Below are positions 40,722-41,431 of a stretch of 41,431 nucleotides of DNA, piece by piece. This stretch comes from a virus. Its lineage: Duplodnaviria; Caudoviricetes. A program made the translations under genes and the position numbers. Numbering within the stretch: the first letter of the stretch is position 1; each line of letters begins with the position of its first letter. The notes under the pieces are model-generated. The model searched no databases. It was given only the letters and a program-made list of their open reading frames with translations, and was not told where the DNA came from. The stretch is from the IMG/VR virus record IMGVR_UViG_3300033067_000158, positions 1-41,431 of that record; one strand, written 5' to 3'.

Positions 40722-41084
40722 TTAATCTTCCAACTTAATATGTTTACGGGTCACTTGGTTGCTTTTCATGGTTCCACTCATCCAAGGCTGAATGGTCATG
40801 TTGTTGAGGTATTGCTCCATTGTTGGAAGAAAACCTAAATCCTGTAAGATGTGATCTTCTGCTACGTCTCGTGGAGAATACTCTTTCCCGTCTGAGTTGA
40901 TGCGTGTACGACCAAAAGTTCTTTCGACGACGAAACACCCAAACGCAGAGTGCAGAATTGCCCGGTGCCGTACGTCAGCCACGGCTGCTTTAGAACTGTC
41001 GATGAAGTCGTCGATGTCGGCGTAGTCTTCAGGTTTTCCACCGTATTTTTTGGCATGGATTCTTGCATGTAGATATGGTTTCAT
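40722..41084 (-). CDS. His-rich hypothetical protein (DUF6915-like)
   Basis: MKPYLHA..KKYGG..DY..IDSSK..DVRHRAILHS.FG..EDHILQDLG. Confidence 0.7.
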   Translation of the reverse strand: MKPYLHARIHAKKYGGKPEDYADIDDFIDSSKAAVADVRHRAILHSAFGCFVVERTFGRTRINSDGKEYSPRDVAEDHILQDLGFLPTMEQYLNNMTIQPWMSGTMKSNQVTRKHIKLED

Positions 41085-41431
41085 AGGTCAGAGATGTCGT
41101 ATTCAAAACGTGCAGCCATACGCTTCAGTGTTTCTTCTGGAACGCTATGAATGTTACCAAAGGACGCTTGACACAGAATGACTTGTGGTCGAATACCAAA
41201 TTCTTTTGCAATATCGAAGTAAGGTTGCAATTCCTTTTTAGTAGTGAATGTGTTAGACACTACAGGAGAGAAACCTCGATTCATCAAATTGCGAGTTTCA
41301 TCTTGACACCATTGATGTGCTTCACCTAACTTAGATGCATCAAACTTGTATTCGCCATCCTTCATCCAGAATTGATCTGTTTCAATATGCCAATACCAAC
41401 CAATCAAGTTCTTTGCAATGGTAGACTTACC
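41081..41431 (-). CDS. P-loop kinase (AAA_33-like); 5' end outside window
   Basis: Frame continues to window edge as GKSTIAKNLI; AHQWCQ, VVSNTF, NIHSVP. Confidence 0.85.
   Translation of the reverse strand, partial: GKSTIAKNLIGWYWHIETDQFWMKDGEYKFDASKLGEAHQWCQDETRNLMNRGFSPVVSNTFTTKKELQPYFDIAKEFGIRPQVILCQASFGNIHSVPEETLKRMAARFEYDISDL

Noticed and set aside
844-41329. Most plus-strand and nested alternative-frame ORFs
   Set aside because: They are shadows of well-supported minus-strand genes; only 12328-13110 and 13110-13250 have promoter or SD support.
1-41431. Stop-codon reassignment (TAG recoding)
   Set aside because: Recognisable genes, including the late lysis genes, are full length in the standard code; the CUA element lacks U33 and CCA.

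Overview
AT-rich segment of a large T4-like (gp32/gp59/gp33, TATAAATA late promoters) phage genome, probably infecting a freshwater proteobacterium (inference). Nearly all genes are on the minus strand. It contains small early genes, a gp33-gp59-gp32 block, a GH19 lysis cassette, a two-piece (permuted) tmRNA with tag ANDESFRIAA, and a PAAR gene. A ~7 kb RNA island (20.1-27.0 kb) holds 30 canonical-looking tRNAs covering all 20 amino acids, several tRNA-like RNAs, a ~0.9 kb GOLLD-like RNA with an embedded tRNA-Lys-like domain, and many stem-closed small-RNA cassettes; one more tRNA (Arg) lies at 28.2 kb. Further along are rubrerythrin-rubredoxin, ClpP-like, exonuclease, PhoH, DenV, NAD-salvage (NadV + NadM-Nudix), Toprim and kinase genes. 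The most striking unannotated element sits at the head of the tRNA island (27238-27433, minus). It is a 46-codon leader peptide that packs all 20 amino acids into codons 8-33, followed by an antiterminator/terminator pair, so it is a candidate ribosome-coupled attenuator that senses loss of any aminoacyl-tRNA. All family assignments are from motif recognition by eye, not database searches.
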